64,000 nt of DNA, from the NCBI GenBank assembly GCA_963826115.1, contig CAWGVS010000005.1, positions 1,024,001 to 1,088,000 on the forward strand. The letters are read 5' to 3'. The DNA is from an uncultured Candidatus Rokubacteria bacterium (GTDB lineage: Bacteria; Methylomirabilota; Methylomirabilia; Rokubacteriales; DASRDR01). Position 1 is the stretch's first letter; each line of letters begins with the position of its first letter. The translations under genes were made by a program, and so were the position numbers. The notes below the pieces were generated by a model, which worked only from the letters and a program-made list of their open reading frames with translations, had not been told where the DNA came from and searched no databases. Shown piece after piece: positions 38,873 through 49,249 of this stretch.

Positions 38873-40093
38873 TCAAGAAACCTTGGTGTACTTCCGGGCG
38901 TAGGCGTTGGCGCAGGCCGCCCGCAGCGCGGCCTCGTCGAGGGGGCGGCTGCGGAAGCGCTCGATCGACATCGGCCCGAGGTCCGGCTGGCACGCGCCGT
39001 CCACGATCAGGTCGGCGAGCGCGCGGCCCACCGACGCGGAGATCGAGAGGCCGCCGACGTTGCAGGCCGACGCGATGTAGAAGCCGCCCAGCGTGGCGAC
39101 CGGCCCCACGATGTGCTGGCCGTCCGGAGAGATGGTCGGAAGCCCGCCCCGGTGCTCGCGAAGCTTCGCGCCGCGGAGCGCCGGGAAGTGCGCGGCCACC
39201 TCGGCCGCCAGCCCCCACAGGACGTTCACGTCGAGGGGCACGTCGCGAATCTGGAACCCCTCCGGCTGGCGCCGCATGTCGACCTGGAGCGGATGGTCCT
39301 CGTAGCCGCCGAGCATCAGGCCCCCCTGCTCGGGGCGCGTGTACACGCTCGGCTCGTGGATGCGCACGATCGGGTGATGGGGCTCGATCCCCGGGATCGG
39401 CTCGGTGATGAACAGCTGGTGTCGGGTCGGGATCATGGGGATCTGGACGCCGACCTCGTCGGCCAGGAGACGCGACCACGCGCCCGCGGCATCGACGACC
39501 ACCGGGCTCTCGATCACGCCCCCCGGAGTACGCACGCCCCGGATCCGGCCCCCCTCGTGGAGGAACCCCGTCACCGCCGTGCCGGGCGCGAGCGTGACGC
39601 CCATCTCCCCGGCCGCCGCCGCGAACTCCCGGGCCACCAGCGGAGGATGGAAGTAGCCGTCCTCCGGCGAGAAGAGGATCGCCCTGGCGCCGGCGGCGCG
39701 AAAGTGCGGCGCCCGCCGCTCGGCCTCTGCCGCGGAGAGGAACTCGACCTTCACGCCGAACGACTCCGCCCGCGCCGCGTCCCGCCGGAGACGGGTCTCG
39801 CCGGCCTCGCTGAGCAGCACCCGCATGGCTCCGACGCGATGGAACCGGATCGAGCGCCCGGTCACGGCCTCGAACGCCGCCAGCGTCTCCACGGCCTCGT
39901 TGACCAGCTTCACCATGAGCTCGGTCGCGGCGACCTTCGACGTGAGCCCGGCGGCCCGGGGCGAGGTCTGGGACCCGAGGTCGTACCGGTCCAGCAGGAC
40001 CACGTCCCGGACGCCCCGCCGCGCGAGATGGTAGGCGGTGCTGGCTCCGAACCCTCCCGATCCGATGATCACGACCTCGGCGCGATTCCGCAT
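38873..40093 (-). CDS. FAD-dependent oxidoreductase (DAO/sarcosine oxidase beta-like)
   Basis: VVIIGSGGFGASTAYHL, VDAAGAWS, SPDG. Confidence 0.88.
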   Translation of the reverse strand: MRNRAEVVIIGSGGFGASTAYHLARRGVRDVVLLDRYDLGSQTSPRAAGLTSKVAATELMVKLVNEAVETLAAFEAVTGRSIRFHRVGAMRVLLSEAGETRLRRDAARAESFGVKVEFLSAAEAERRAPHFRAAGARAILFSPEDGYFHPPLVAREFAAAAGEMGVTLAPGTAVTGFLHEGGRIRGVRTPGGVIESPVVVDAAGAWSRLLADEVGVQIPMIPTRHQLFITEPIPGIEPHHPIVRIHEPSVYTRPEQGGLMLGGYEDHPLQVDMRRQPEGFQIRDVPLDVNVLWGLAAEVAAHFPALRGAKLREHRGGLPTISPDGQHIVGPVATLGGFYIASACNVGGLSISASVGRALADLIVDGACQPDLGPMSIERFRSRPLDEAALRAACANAYARKYTKVS

Positions 40094-40166
40094 GCTCGCT
40101 GCTCCGTTCTCCGCGGGCCAGGCGTCGTCTTGCGATCGGTCCCCGGGCTCAGGCGGTCACCGATGA

Positions 40167-40195
40167 ATGCTAGTGACCGTGGCTCTCCGTGTCAA
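40167..40195 (-). promoter_or_regulatory. Sigma70-type promoter of the FAD oxidoreductase-DUF1989 operon
   Basis: TTGACA-N17-TAGCAT on minus strand; inverted repeat CGGTCAC/GTGACCG straddles the -10 box. Confidence 0.7.
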
Positions 40196-40310
40196 ACCGC
40201 CGGACGATCGCGGCCGGGCCGCCGAACGTTCCCCCAAATCTGGATCACCGGTCCACGGCCTCCCGATAGGCCAGCGAGCGTAGGTGCCCGCCGTGCTTGA
40301 CGTCTCCTCC

Positions 40311-40326
40311 CGGCACGCCCGTTGCT
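40311..40326 (+). promoter_or_regulatory. Sigma54-type -24/-12 promoter
   Basis: CGGCACGCCCGTTGCT, GGCACG-N4-TTGC. Confidence 0.68.
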
Positions 40327-40359
40327 CCTCCGTTGCGTAGCAAACGCGGGAGGGTGGTC

Positions 40360-40578
40360 ATGCGAGCGATGCCCGTCGCCCTGTTGTGCCTGACGCTGGG
40401 AGCCTGTGCGAGCACGTCGACCGGGCCCACCCCCAACCTTCCGCCTCGCTGCCCGGCTCCTCCGTACATCGAGGGCGGGTCGGGGTACCAGGTCCAGTCC
40501 TCGGGCGACGCCGCCTTCGCGGCCGTAGTGCTGCTGCTCGGTGTCCTGACCAGCCAGGCGGCGCCAACTTGCCCGTGA
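40360..40578 (+). CDS. Small predicted lipoprotein
   Basis: RBS GGGAGG; MRAMPVALLCLTLGAC lipobox; 72 aa. Confidence 0.65.
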   Translation: MRAMPVALLCLTLGACASTSTGPTPNLPPRCPAPPYIEGGSGYQVQSSGDAAFAAVVLLLGVLTSQAAPTCP

Positions 40579-40632
40579 GCGTTCGGGTCCCGCCGCGCGC
40601 CGCGAAGACCGGAATCCGGGCTGTTCGCGGGC

Positions 40633-41460
40633 CTACGCGCCCATCAGCGCGTTGAGGTCCGGCGTCGGGAGCGTGTGGTCGACATAGCCGAAGGTGCCGT
40701 GGTCCTTCACCTCGCGCGCGGCCGCGACGAGGCCGGTCATCGCCGCGCGGTAGAGCGAGCTGGCCAGGCTGATCCGCCGCACTCCCGCCGCCTCGAGCTC
40801 CCGCACGGTGAACGACTTCCCCTTGATGCCGGCCATGAAGTTGAACGGCCTGGAGATCGCCTGGCACACGCTCCGCACCGCCGCGAGGTCTGGGAGGCCG
40901 GGCGCGAAAAGCACGTCCGCGCCCGCCCGCTCGTACGCCTGAAGCCGTCGGATCGTGTCGTCCAGGCTCGGGTTGCCGCGGATGAAGTTCTCCGCGCGCC
41001 CGGTCAGGATGAACGGGAACGGCAGCGCCCGGGCGGCCCACACCGCGGCCGAGACCCGCTCGGTCGCGTGACCGATCTCGTAGATGCCGACCGTGGGGTC
41101 CCTCGAGAAGTCCTCGATGGAGCACCCGACGAGGCCGGCCTCGGCGGCCAGCCGGACGGTCTCCTCGGCCGCCGCCGGAGCGTCGCCGAACCCCTTCTCC
41201 AGGTCCGCGGACACCGGCAAGTCTGTCGCCTCGACGATGGCCCGCGCATGGGCGAGCGCCTCGTCCCGCGTCACGCGTCCGTCGCGCCGCCCGAGCGTCC
41301 CCGCGGAGGCGCCGCTCGAGGTCGCGAGGGCCGTGAACCCGAGCCCCGCCAGGACCCGCGCCGACCCCGCATCCCACGGATTGGGGATCACGAACGCGTG
41401 AGGCCCCTCGTGGAGCGCCCGGAACCGCGCCGCCTTCTCGGCCTGGCTCACCGTCGTCAT
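40633..41460 (-). CDS. Isocitrate lyase/PEP mutase family protein
   Basis: PNPWDAGSA, ATSSG, PVSADLEKGFG, GCSIED, GADVLFAPG. Confidence 0.9.
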   Translation of the reverse strand: MTTVSQAEKAARFRALHEGPHAFVIPNPWDAGSARVLAGLGFTALATSSGASAGTLGRRDGRVTRDEALAHARAIVEATDLPVSADLEKGFGDAPAAAEETVRLAAEAGLVGCSIEDFSRDPTVGIYEIGHATERVSAAVWAARALPFPFILTGRAENFIRGNPSLDDTIRRLQAYERAGADVLFAPGLPDLAAVRSVCQAISRPFNFMAGIKGKSFTVRELEAAGVRRISLASSLYRAAMTGLVAAAREVKDHGTFGYVDHTLPTPDLNALMGA

Positions 41461-41732
41461 GCTTGCCTCCCCGCGGACCTTGTCGCCCGCGACCCGCCAC
41501 CCGTAGCCGCGCGCCCGCTCCCTGGAGCATCCCACGCGCACGAGGACCCCGGAACCGAGCGCCGATGCTAGCCTTCGCGACACGCAGTCGTCAACGCGCG
41601 GCCCCGGTCGATCCAAAGCGCGTCATTGTTGCGCACGATGGCCTGCCCCTCGACACCCGAATGCGTCCCAAAGTGCTGGAACCGGCCATCGCCTTCGACT
41701 ATCATGGGCGCGTTCTCCGTGAGCACCCCCCC

Positions 41733-42497
41733 GTGAGCTCCCAGCGCGTCCGCGAAGACCGGATCCTCGAGAAGCTTCGCCTAGGCACCCTGCCCTCGGC
41801 CACCCGGCTGGACACGCCGGAGGCTGTCCGCGCGGCCATCGGCACGAGGCCGAGCGGAGAGGGGCGGTGCCGGGGTTGCGACGAGGTCCAGGCCGATGCG
41901 TTGGTCTCGGAGCACTCGTGGCACTACCTCTGCTTCCTGTTCTGGCAAGGACGGAGCGAGGCGGTACGCCAGACCCACCGGGCGGCCACGCCCACTCCCG
42001 CCGAGGCGCGTGGCATCGTCCCCCAGCGCGCCCGCTGGGTCGTCGTGGTGAAGGTCAACCGCCCCGATGCCTTCGCGTCCCTTCGCCGGCACTTCGCCGG
42101 CAGCCCGTGGGTCGAGGTGGTCGTCGACCGGCGCCGTGGAGAGCGGAGGCAGGCGGCGGCCAAGGCCAACACGGAGCGACGGCGCGGAGGCCGCCGGATC
42201 GCGGACAACGATCCCACCCGGATCCCGAGCTTTCGCCGGGCCCACCGCGGCGACGACTTCGACGTCTACGAGGCGATCGCCCCTCAGCCCGGCCAGTGCC
42301 CCGTGTGCGGCGTCGGCGTGACCGTCGAGCTGCCGCGGTTCGCCGAGCCGCCGGTCCGGCTGGAACTGGAGATCGTGCACGAGGCCGTCCCGCCCGACAA
42401 GGCTCGCCACGCCGTGGAGCTCCAGTCCCTGTCGCCCACCGGCCGCGTCCTTCTGGCAACGCGGCTGTTCGCCCGAGCCCAGAACGAGTCCGCCTGA
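41733..42497 (+). CDS. Hypothetical protein
   Basis: CRGC...HYLC and CPVC motifs, VVVDRRRGERR motif; start uncertain. Confidence 0.6.
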   Translation: MSSQRVREDRILEKLRLGTLPSATRLDTPEAVRAAIGTRPSGEGRCRGCDEVQADALVSEHSWHYLCFLFWQGRSEAVRQTHRAATPTPAEARGIVPQRARWVVVVKVNRPDAFASLRRHFAGSPWVEVVVDRRRGERRQAAAKANTERRRGGRRIADNDPTRIPSFRRAHRGDDFDVYEAIAPQPGQCPVCGVGVTVELPRFAEPPVRLELEIVHEAVPPDKARHAVELQSLSPTGRVLLATRLFARAQNESA

Positions 42498-42597
42498 CCC
42501 ACCTCCCGACCGCCCCGCCCCGGGCGACCGGGGAATCGGGCTGGGCTCGGAGCGCCCAACGCACTAGCATCGGGTCTCGGCGGGACCCATTTCGCTT

Positions 42598-42850
42598 TTG
42601 TCGCTCCTCAGCGTCATCTTGGTGTGCCGGAACCCAGCGCCGCGAATCCGCCTCGCCCACGAAAGCCTGTGGGCGCAGGAGCCGAACCCGCCAGAGATCG
42701 TCGTGATCGACGGCGCGTCCCAGGGCGGCACCCGGGAGTGGCTCGAGCTCGAGCGGCCGCGCCTCTCCGCGCCGGTCTCCGAGCCGGACACCGGCTTGTA
42801 TGCGGCTGTGAACCGCGGTGTCGCGTTGGCGGGCGCGGACTGGGTACCCC
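42598..42850 (+). pseudogene. Truncated glycosyltransferase family 2 (WcaE-like N-terminus only)
   Basis: LSVILVCRN, VVIDGASQGGT, SEPDTGLYAAVNRG, ADWV, then similarity is lost before the DxD-like motif. Confidence 0.7.
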
Positions 42851-42884
42851 GGGCTATGCGTACCCGACGGCGAGACGACCACGC

Positions 42885-45800
42885 TCACTCGCGCAACTGA
42901 TGCAGTACCCTCTTGGCATCATCAAGGTCCGCTAGCGGGATCTCGCCGAACCAAGCGCAGATGGGCGCCAGCAGGTCGCGGGCCTTCAAAGCGTGCCCCT
43001 GATTGCGCCACATCGCGGCCAGGGTTGTAGCGATGCGCAGCTCAAATATGCGAGCCTCCTGTCCCCTGGCCACTGTCAATCCCCTGTGGAGGGCTGCCTC
43101 CGCCTCATCAAGATTCGATGAAGATACCAAGAGCTCAGCCTGCACACGGTATAGCTCGGCCTCCACGGATCGGACCCCAGTTCGCTCGACCATCTCGAGG
43201 AGATTTCCGATCAACGCCAGGCCATCCTCGACGCGGCCAGTTCGCTGGTACGCAGTTGCCAGCATTGCACCGTGGAATGGCAAATTCCACTGAGCTCCAG
43301 CGGCCTTGGCGCCTTCAATTCCGATCTGCAGCAGCGCGATTGCCTCCGCGAACCGACCCTCGAGTGCCATTGCCCATCCGCGATAGGTCGTCGCTTGTGC
43401 CTGCCAAAACTTCAGACTGTGCTCGATCGCAAGGGCATGTAGACGGTCCACATCCTGGACGAGACCTTTATGATCGAGCAAATGGCATTTGGTTCGGCAG
43501 CTTACGCCCAATGCAAATGCGACAGTGTGAGGATCCTGCAGCGAGCGAGCGCGTGTCATCGCCTCTTGCGCGCGTTCCTCAGCTGCCGACACATGGCCCT
43601 GCAGCGCAAGACAGACCGAAAGAAATGCAAGCGCTGCGGTCCTCACGTCCTCTCCAACGATGATAGGTCGGGATTGGGGACCAAGAATCCTGAGGGCCTC
43701 CTCAAAATGCGCGCTTGCGCCCCGAAGATCTCCAACATTAAGTAGACTGTCTCCGAGCGCGCGGTGAGCCATCATTTCGCCAGCCGCATCGCGCCGCCCA
43801 CGCGCAAACGCCAATAGTTCGTTCGCGGCCAATTGTGCCTGACGTACGTCCGCCCTAACGTGGTAGTGGACGAACCGCCCCGCGAGAATCTTTGGGAGTT
43901 GCGACGCGTCCTCCGTGAGTCGTGACAACTCATATGCACGAGCATATGCCGCGCCTGTCTCGCTCGCGCCGTGCCCCTTGGACGCGATACATGCGCCGCC
44001 AAGCGCAACTTGGAACTCTAGTTCTTGGCGCATGCGCGTCATCGTCGAAGGCAGTTGCTGCAGCAGATTGACCCCATTCGTGATATGCTTGACTGCTTCC
44101 GCATACGCCGAGGTGCTGACCGCCCGCTCACCAGCCTTGTGCCAGTAGTCGATGGCCGCATCAGGCAGATCCGCCTCAGCGTAATGGTGCGCCACGATCT
44201 CCGGCTCGATGTCTGCAGTCTCGGGAAAGTGCTCTACGAGCGTGCGGCCAATGAGGCCATGCAATTGCTGGCGACGACTTCGCACCAGACTCGCATAGGC
44301 GGCGTCCTGCACAAGCGCGTGCTTGAACTGATACGTGGCGTCGGGCGGAACGCCACGCTGGAAGATCAGCTCCGCGTGGACGAGTTGCGCCAGGGCGGCA
44401 TTCAGGTCCCTCGCCGGGAGCGCGGCGACAGCGGAGATCAGGGCGTAGGAGAACTCGCGGCCGATGGCGGCGCCGATCTGCGCCACGTCCTTCGCCGATG
44501 CCAGGCGGTCCAATCGTGCGAGGAGCGACGCATGCAGTGTCGAGGGAATGGCGAGCGGCGGCAATGGGCCCGTCAGCTCATAGCGGCCATCGGCTTCACG
44601 CAGCAGGCCACTTTCCAGGACCGTCATCGTCAGCTCTTCGATGAACAGGGGAACGCCGTCCGTGCGCGCCAAGATCTGATCGAGGAGCTCACGGGGCAGC
44701 GACTTACCGGTCACTCCGGCGATCAGCGCCTCGCCCTCGATCTTGTCGAGCCGGGTCAGGCCAATGCTCGATGTGTGCCGATGACTCGGCCAGGGCGGCG
44801 TGAATTCTGGGCGGGCCGTGGCCAGCATCAAGATCCGCGCGCTCTTGATCTGATCGATGGCCAGCGACAACAGCTCCAGCGACGTCGGGTCAATCCAGTG
44901 CAGAGTCCTCGAACACCATCAGCACAGGCCGGTGCGCGGCAAGTTGCTTCAGGTGGGCCAGGAGCGAACCTAGGGTGCGTTCCTTCATGCGCTGAGGCGT
45001 GACCTTCGGCAGGGGGTAGCGGTCGCCGCCAGGGATTGACAGCAGCGCCGCAAACAGCGGCATGTCTTCTGCGGGGTCTTCGCTCGATTGCCTCAGCAAC
45101 GCTTCGAGCTTGTCCAGCTTGGTCTGTGGAGCGTCATCTCGCTCGATACCGGCCGCCCGGATGAGCTGGCCAATGATCGGATACAGAGCACTGTCTTGAT
45201 GGTAGGGCGAGCAGTGGTACAGCAGCCGCGTGTAGGGCTCCGACCTGAGACGCTCCTGCAGGGCCCGCGTCAGCCGCGACTTGCCAATACCCGGTTCACC
45301 GGTCACCAGTACGACGCGCCCTTCCCCTCGCTTGGCCTGCTCCCACCGGCGCCATAGCAGATCGAGCTCCTCATCGCGCCCCAGAAGCCGAGAGCCCATG
45401 GCGGCACGTCGTACCTCGAAGCGGTTCTCGATCTTGCTTGGCTTGATGACCTGGCGCACGAGCAAAGGCTCGCCAAATCCCTTCAGCGTCTGCGAGCCGA
45501 GATCGCGGTATTCGAACAGTGCCCCGACCAACCGATGCGTCTCGGGCGCGATGACGACTGTATTGGGCTCGGCGAGCGACTGCAGGCGGGCCGCGAGGTT
45601 GGTCGTCTCGCCAATCGCGGCGTTCTCCTGCGTCACGCCCTCGCGGCCAAGATCACCGACGACAACCACACCTGAGGCGATGCCGATGCGCGCCTGCAGG
45701 GTCACACCGGGAGCCGCTTGCACGGTTCCCACAGCATCCAGGATTGCGAGCCCGGCCCGCACCGCACGTTCCGCGTCATCCTCGTGCGCAGCGGGATATC

Positions 45801-46206
45801 CGAAGTAGGCGAGCACTCCGTCTCCGAGATACTGCGCGACCATCCCGTCCAGACTCTTGATCTCATTGGCGCAGCAGGTCTGGAATGCACTCACGACATC
45901 GCGCTGCTCCTCGGGATCGAGTCGGGTCGAGAGAGCGCTCGACCCCACCATGTCGCAGAACATGATCGTGAGCTGGCGACGTTCAGCCGAGGAGGCCGGA
46001 GTGACCGGCGCGGTTGGACGCGGGCCTGTCGACGGTGCCATCGCTGGCTTGCTTGGAGCGAGACCAACCCCGCACTCGGAACAGAACCGAGCCTGAGCTG
46101 AATTGGCATGCCCACAGGCAGGGCAAACACGCGGGAGTGGCGAGCCGCAGTGCTCGCAAAACTTGCCGCCTTCTCTCAGGCGTGAGTTACAGGTTGGGCA
46201 CTGCAT
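42885..46206 (-). pseudogene. Zinc-ribbon/class III adenylate cyclase/AAA (STAND)/TPR protein, frameshifted at 44904
   Basis: FCDMVGS, YLGDG, TNLAARL, GEPGIGKS; GAG GAC T CTG CAC TGG, removing one T restores EDLHWIDPTSLELL and joins ORFs 44890-46218 and 42885-44870. Confidence 0.85.
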
Positions 46207-46371
46207 CGCCGTTCCCACAATTGCTCCGGGTCAGCCTAGCACCATGACGACATCGTCAGGGCAGCCTGGGCGACCGCGGGCCGGGCCACGGCCGGGAGAC
46301 TGCTCACCAGAATGATTGCCGCGAAGGTGCGGAGGTCAGCATGCAGGGGTCTTCGAGAACCGTCGTCGAGG

Positions 46372-46412
46372 CCCCGCCCGCCGGGTAGAGGGTTACCTAC
46401 CGGCGGGCGGGG
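46372..46412 (-). terminator. GC-rich hairpin downstream of oppA-like gene
   Basis: CCCCGCCCGCCG...CGGCGGGCGGGG 12-bp inverted repeat just after the stop; no clear U-tract. Confidence 0.5.
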
Positions 46413-46419
46413 GCGGTCT

Positions 46420-48159
46420 TCAGCTCCGCTCGACCATGTAGAGGTGGGCCAGCATGTCGTTGTAGATGTTCCCCTCGATCACCTGCTCGCCCGCCTTGTT
46501 CTTCTCGATGCCCCGCACGGACGGCTTGGAGACCGCATAGCGCACGACCCAGGTGACCGGGACGTAGCCGCCGTCGCTCTGGAGGATCTCCTCGGCGCGG
46601 GCGTAGTTCTCGAGCCGCTTCTTCGTATCGCGCGTGTCACGGCCGGCCTCGAGCTCCTTGTCGAACGCCTCGTTCCCCCACGCCTGGCGCTTGCCCGTCG
46701 TCCGCTTCGAGTAGAACGTGTCGAAGTACTCGTTGTGGGGATCCGGGTAGTCCATGAACCAGCGGATCCAGACGAGCTGGAGATCCTGCTTCCAGAGCCG
46801 CTCCCGGAAGACGCGCTGCTCCAGCACCTCGAGCTCGGTCTTCATGTTGAGGTTTTCGAGAAGGATGGCCTGGACCGCCTCGGCCATGGGCTGGGACTGG
46901 AGCGCCTCCTGTCGCATCGACAGCACGATCTTCGGCCAGTTCTTCCCGCCCTCGTACGGCGTCCCCTTGAGCGCCGCCATCGCGAGCTTCGGGTCGAACC
47001 GCTGGACGTCGCGGATCTTCTTGTCCTCGAGATAGCCGGGAAAGCCCGGCGGAATCATGCAATGGGCGGGCAGCGCGAAGCCCTGGGCGACCTTGGCGAC
47101 GGACTCTCGATCCACCGCGTGCCCCAGCGCCTTCCGAACCTGCAAGTTGTCGAAGGGCGGCTTGGTGACCTGGGGGGTGAGGTACCACGTCCCCGGATAC
47201 GGGTAGCGGAACACCTCGCCGGCGGTCTTCGGATTGTCCCGGAAGCGCTTCAGGTCGGCGGCCTGAAGGATCGTGAGGTCGATCTCGTTGTTCTCGTAGG
47301 GCAGGACCCCGGCCGCGAACGGGATGATCGGGATGATCACCTTCTCGAGGGTGACCTCCTTGGCCCCGAAGAAGTGCGGGTTCTTCTTGAGGACCATGTG
47401 CTTGCCGTGCTCCCACGTCTCGAGGACGAACGGTCCGTTGGAGACGATGTTCCCCGGCTCGGTCCACTTGTCGCCGTGCTTCTCGATGGCGCCCTTATGA
47501 CCCGGGAACGCCGCCAGGTAGGCGGAGAGCACCGGGAAGTAGCCGCGCGGTCCCTCGAGCGTGACCTCGAGCGTCCAATCGTCCTTGGCCTTGACGCCGA
47601 CCTGCCCGGCATCGGTGACCTGCCCCTTGTTGAACGCCTCGCCGTTCTTGATGTCGTACAGGAACGCGGCGTAGGGTGCCTTCGTGGCCGGATCGAGCTG
47701 GCGCTTCCAGGAGTACTCGAAGTCGCGCGCGGTGCACGGGCTGTTGTCGGACCACTTGGAGTCCTTCCGGATCGAGAAGGTCCACATCGACCCGTCGCTG
47801 TTCGACGTGACCTTGCTCGCGACGGACGGCACCGCCTGGAAGTCCGCGTTGAACTTCATGAGCCCGGCCCAGAGGGACGAAACCCCGTTGCAGTACAGAT
47901 CCTTGTTGAAGTCGTGGCTCGAGGGATCCACCTGCGAGAACGCGAAACCGCCGCCTCCGTACCGGAACGTTTGCTCCTTGGCGAGCTTCTCGCCCGGCGC
48001 AAGCGTCGGTGCCGAGGACGCCGGCCTGGGATTGAAGCCGGCCGCCCCCATGGCGGCCAGCCCGGCGGCGATCCGGAGGAAACCGCGGCGATCGACGCCG
48101 GCGGCGCCCAGGCGCGCGGCCAGGAGATCCAGCTCTCGGTCGGGAACCGGTCGCCTCAT
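46420..48159 (-). CDS. oppA: Peptide ABC substrate-binding protein (OppA-like), Tat signal
   Basis: DRRGFL twin-arginine motif; WSDNSPCTARDFEYSWKR, SNGPF. Confidence 0.88.
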   Translation of the reverse strand: MRRPVPDRELDLLAARLGAAGVDRRGFLRIAAGLAAMGAAGFNPRPASSAPTLAPGEKLAKEQTFRYGGGGFAFSQVDPSSHDFNKDLYCNGVSSLWAGLMKFNADFQAVPSVASKVTSNSDGSMWTFSIRKDSKWSDNSPCTARDFEYSWKRQLDPATKAPYAAFLYDIKNGEAFNKGQVTDAGQVGVKAKDDWTLEVTLEGPRGYFPVLSAYLAAFPGHKGAIEKHGDKWTEPGNIVSNGPFVLETWEHGKHMVLKKNPHFFGAKEVTLEKVIIPIIPFAAGVLPYENNEIDLTILQAADLKRFRDNPKTAGEVFRYPYPGTWYLTPQVTKPPFDNLQVRKALGHAVDRESVAKVAQGFALPAHCMIPPGFPGYLEDKKIRDVQRFDPKLAMAALKGTPYEGGKNWPKIVLSMRQEALQSQPMAEAVQAILLENLNMKTELEVLEQRVFRERLWKQDLQLVWIRWFMDYPDPHNEYFDTFYSKRTTGKRQAWGNEAFDKELEAGRDTRDTKKRLENYARAEEILQSDGGYVPVTWVVRYAVSKPSVRGIEKNKAGEQVIEGNIYNDMLAHLYMVERS

Positions 48160-48316
48160 CAGGTGCCTCCTTTGTGGGAGCCAGCCCGCCTGGCACGCGC
48201 GGCGGGTGTCGGCTCGCGGTTATCCACGCCGAGGCCCGCGGCTCGCATGCCCGGGCCGGGCGGCGTCCCCCTGAACGTCCGGTTATCGGCGACCCGCCTC
48301 CCGCGAGGCGCCGCCG

Positions 48317-49249
48317 CTACTTCAGCTTGGGGTCCAGGGCGTCCCGGACCCCGTCACCCAGAAACGTGAACGACAGCATCGTGACGCCAATGGCGATGGA
48401 CGGGAACACGCAGAGGTGCCAGTACGTCCGGAGGTACTGCTGTCCCTCCCCCACCATCTGACCCCAGGACGGCGTCGGGGGATTGATACCCACGCCGATG
48501 AACGAAAGCGCGGCCTCCGTGAAGATCGCCTGGGGGATCCCGAACGTGATGGCGACGATGATCGGGGTGAGCGCGCTCGGAAGGATGTGACGCAGCAGCA
48601 CGCGACGGAACCCCCCGCCGAGGGCGCGGGCGCCCTCGACGAACTCCTTCTCCTTGATGGCAAGCACCTGGGCGCGCGTCTGCCGGGCGATGCCGACCCA
48701 CCCGGTGAGGCCGATCGCGATGAAGATGTTGACGAGGCCCGCGCCCAGCATGGACATGACGAGGATCACGAACAGCAGATTGGGAAAAGCGTACATGACG
48801 TCCACGAAGCGCATCAGCACGAGGTCCACGCGGCCCCCCAGGTAGCCGGACAGGGAGCCGATCGGCACGCCGATCAGCACGACGATCAGCTGGGCGCCCA
48901 ACCCGACCAGCATCGACACGCGAGCCCCATAGATGATCCGGGAGAGGAGGTCGCGTCCGACGTGATCGGTGCCGAGCGGGTAGTCGCGCGAGGGCCCTTC
49001 GTTCAGACGGGCGAAGTTCGTCTTCGTGTAGGGCAACGGGGCGAGGACGTCCGCCAGCAGCGCGACGAGGCACAAGATGAGGACGACGATTCCGCCCGCC
49101 ACCGCCAGCCGGTTGCGCAGGAGACGCCGGAAGGCGTCCCGCCAGAGGCTCGACGACTCGGCTCGCGCGAGGCCCGCGGCCCGCGCGGCGTCGAGGACCG
49201 CCCCGGTCCGAAGGCTACTGGTACCGGATGCGGGGGTCGAGAGTGCCAT
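48317..49249 (-). CDS. oppC: Peptide ABC permease (OppC-like)
   Basis: PLGTDHVGRDLLSR, EFVEGARALG, EAALSFIG, PSWG. Confidence 0.9.
   Translation of the reverse strand: MALSTPASGTSSLRTGAVLDAARAAGLARAESSSLWRDAFRRLLRNRLAVAGGIVVLILCLVALLADVLAPLPYTKTNFARLNEGPSRDYPLGTDHVGRDLLSRIIYGARVSMLVGLGAQLIVVLIGVPIGSLSGYLGGRVDLVLMRFVDVMYAFPNLLFVILVMSMLGAGLVNIFIAIGLTGWVGIARQTRAQVLAIKEKEFVEGARALGGGFRRVLLRHILPSALTPIIVAITFGIPQAIFTEAALSFIGVGINPPTPSWGQMVGEGQQYLRTYWHLCVFPSIAIGVTMLSFTFLGDGVRDALDPKLK

Noticed and set aside
40094-40160. Possible guanidine riboswitch upstream of the DUF1989 operon
   Set aside because: Leader lacks recognisable ykkC or twin ACGR-loop features; an Rfam scan would settle it.
46312-48369. 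Long antisense ORFs (this 685-aa one, 56668-59379, 13917-15908 and many others)
   Set aside because: Antisense shadows of clear genes, expected at this GC content; no motifs.
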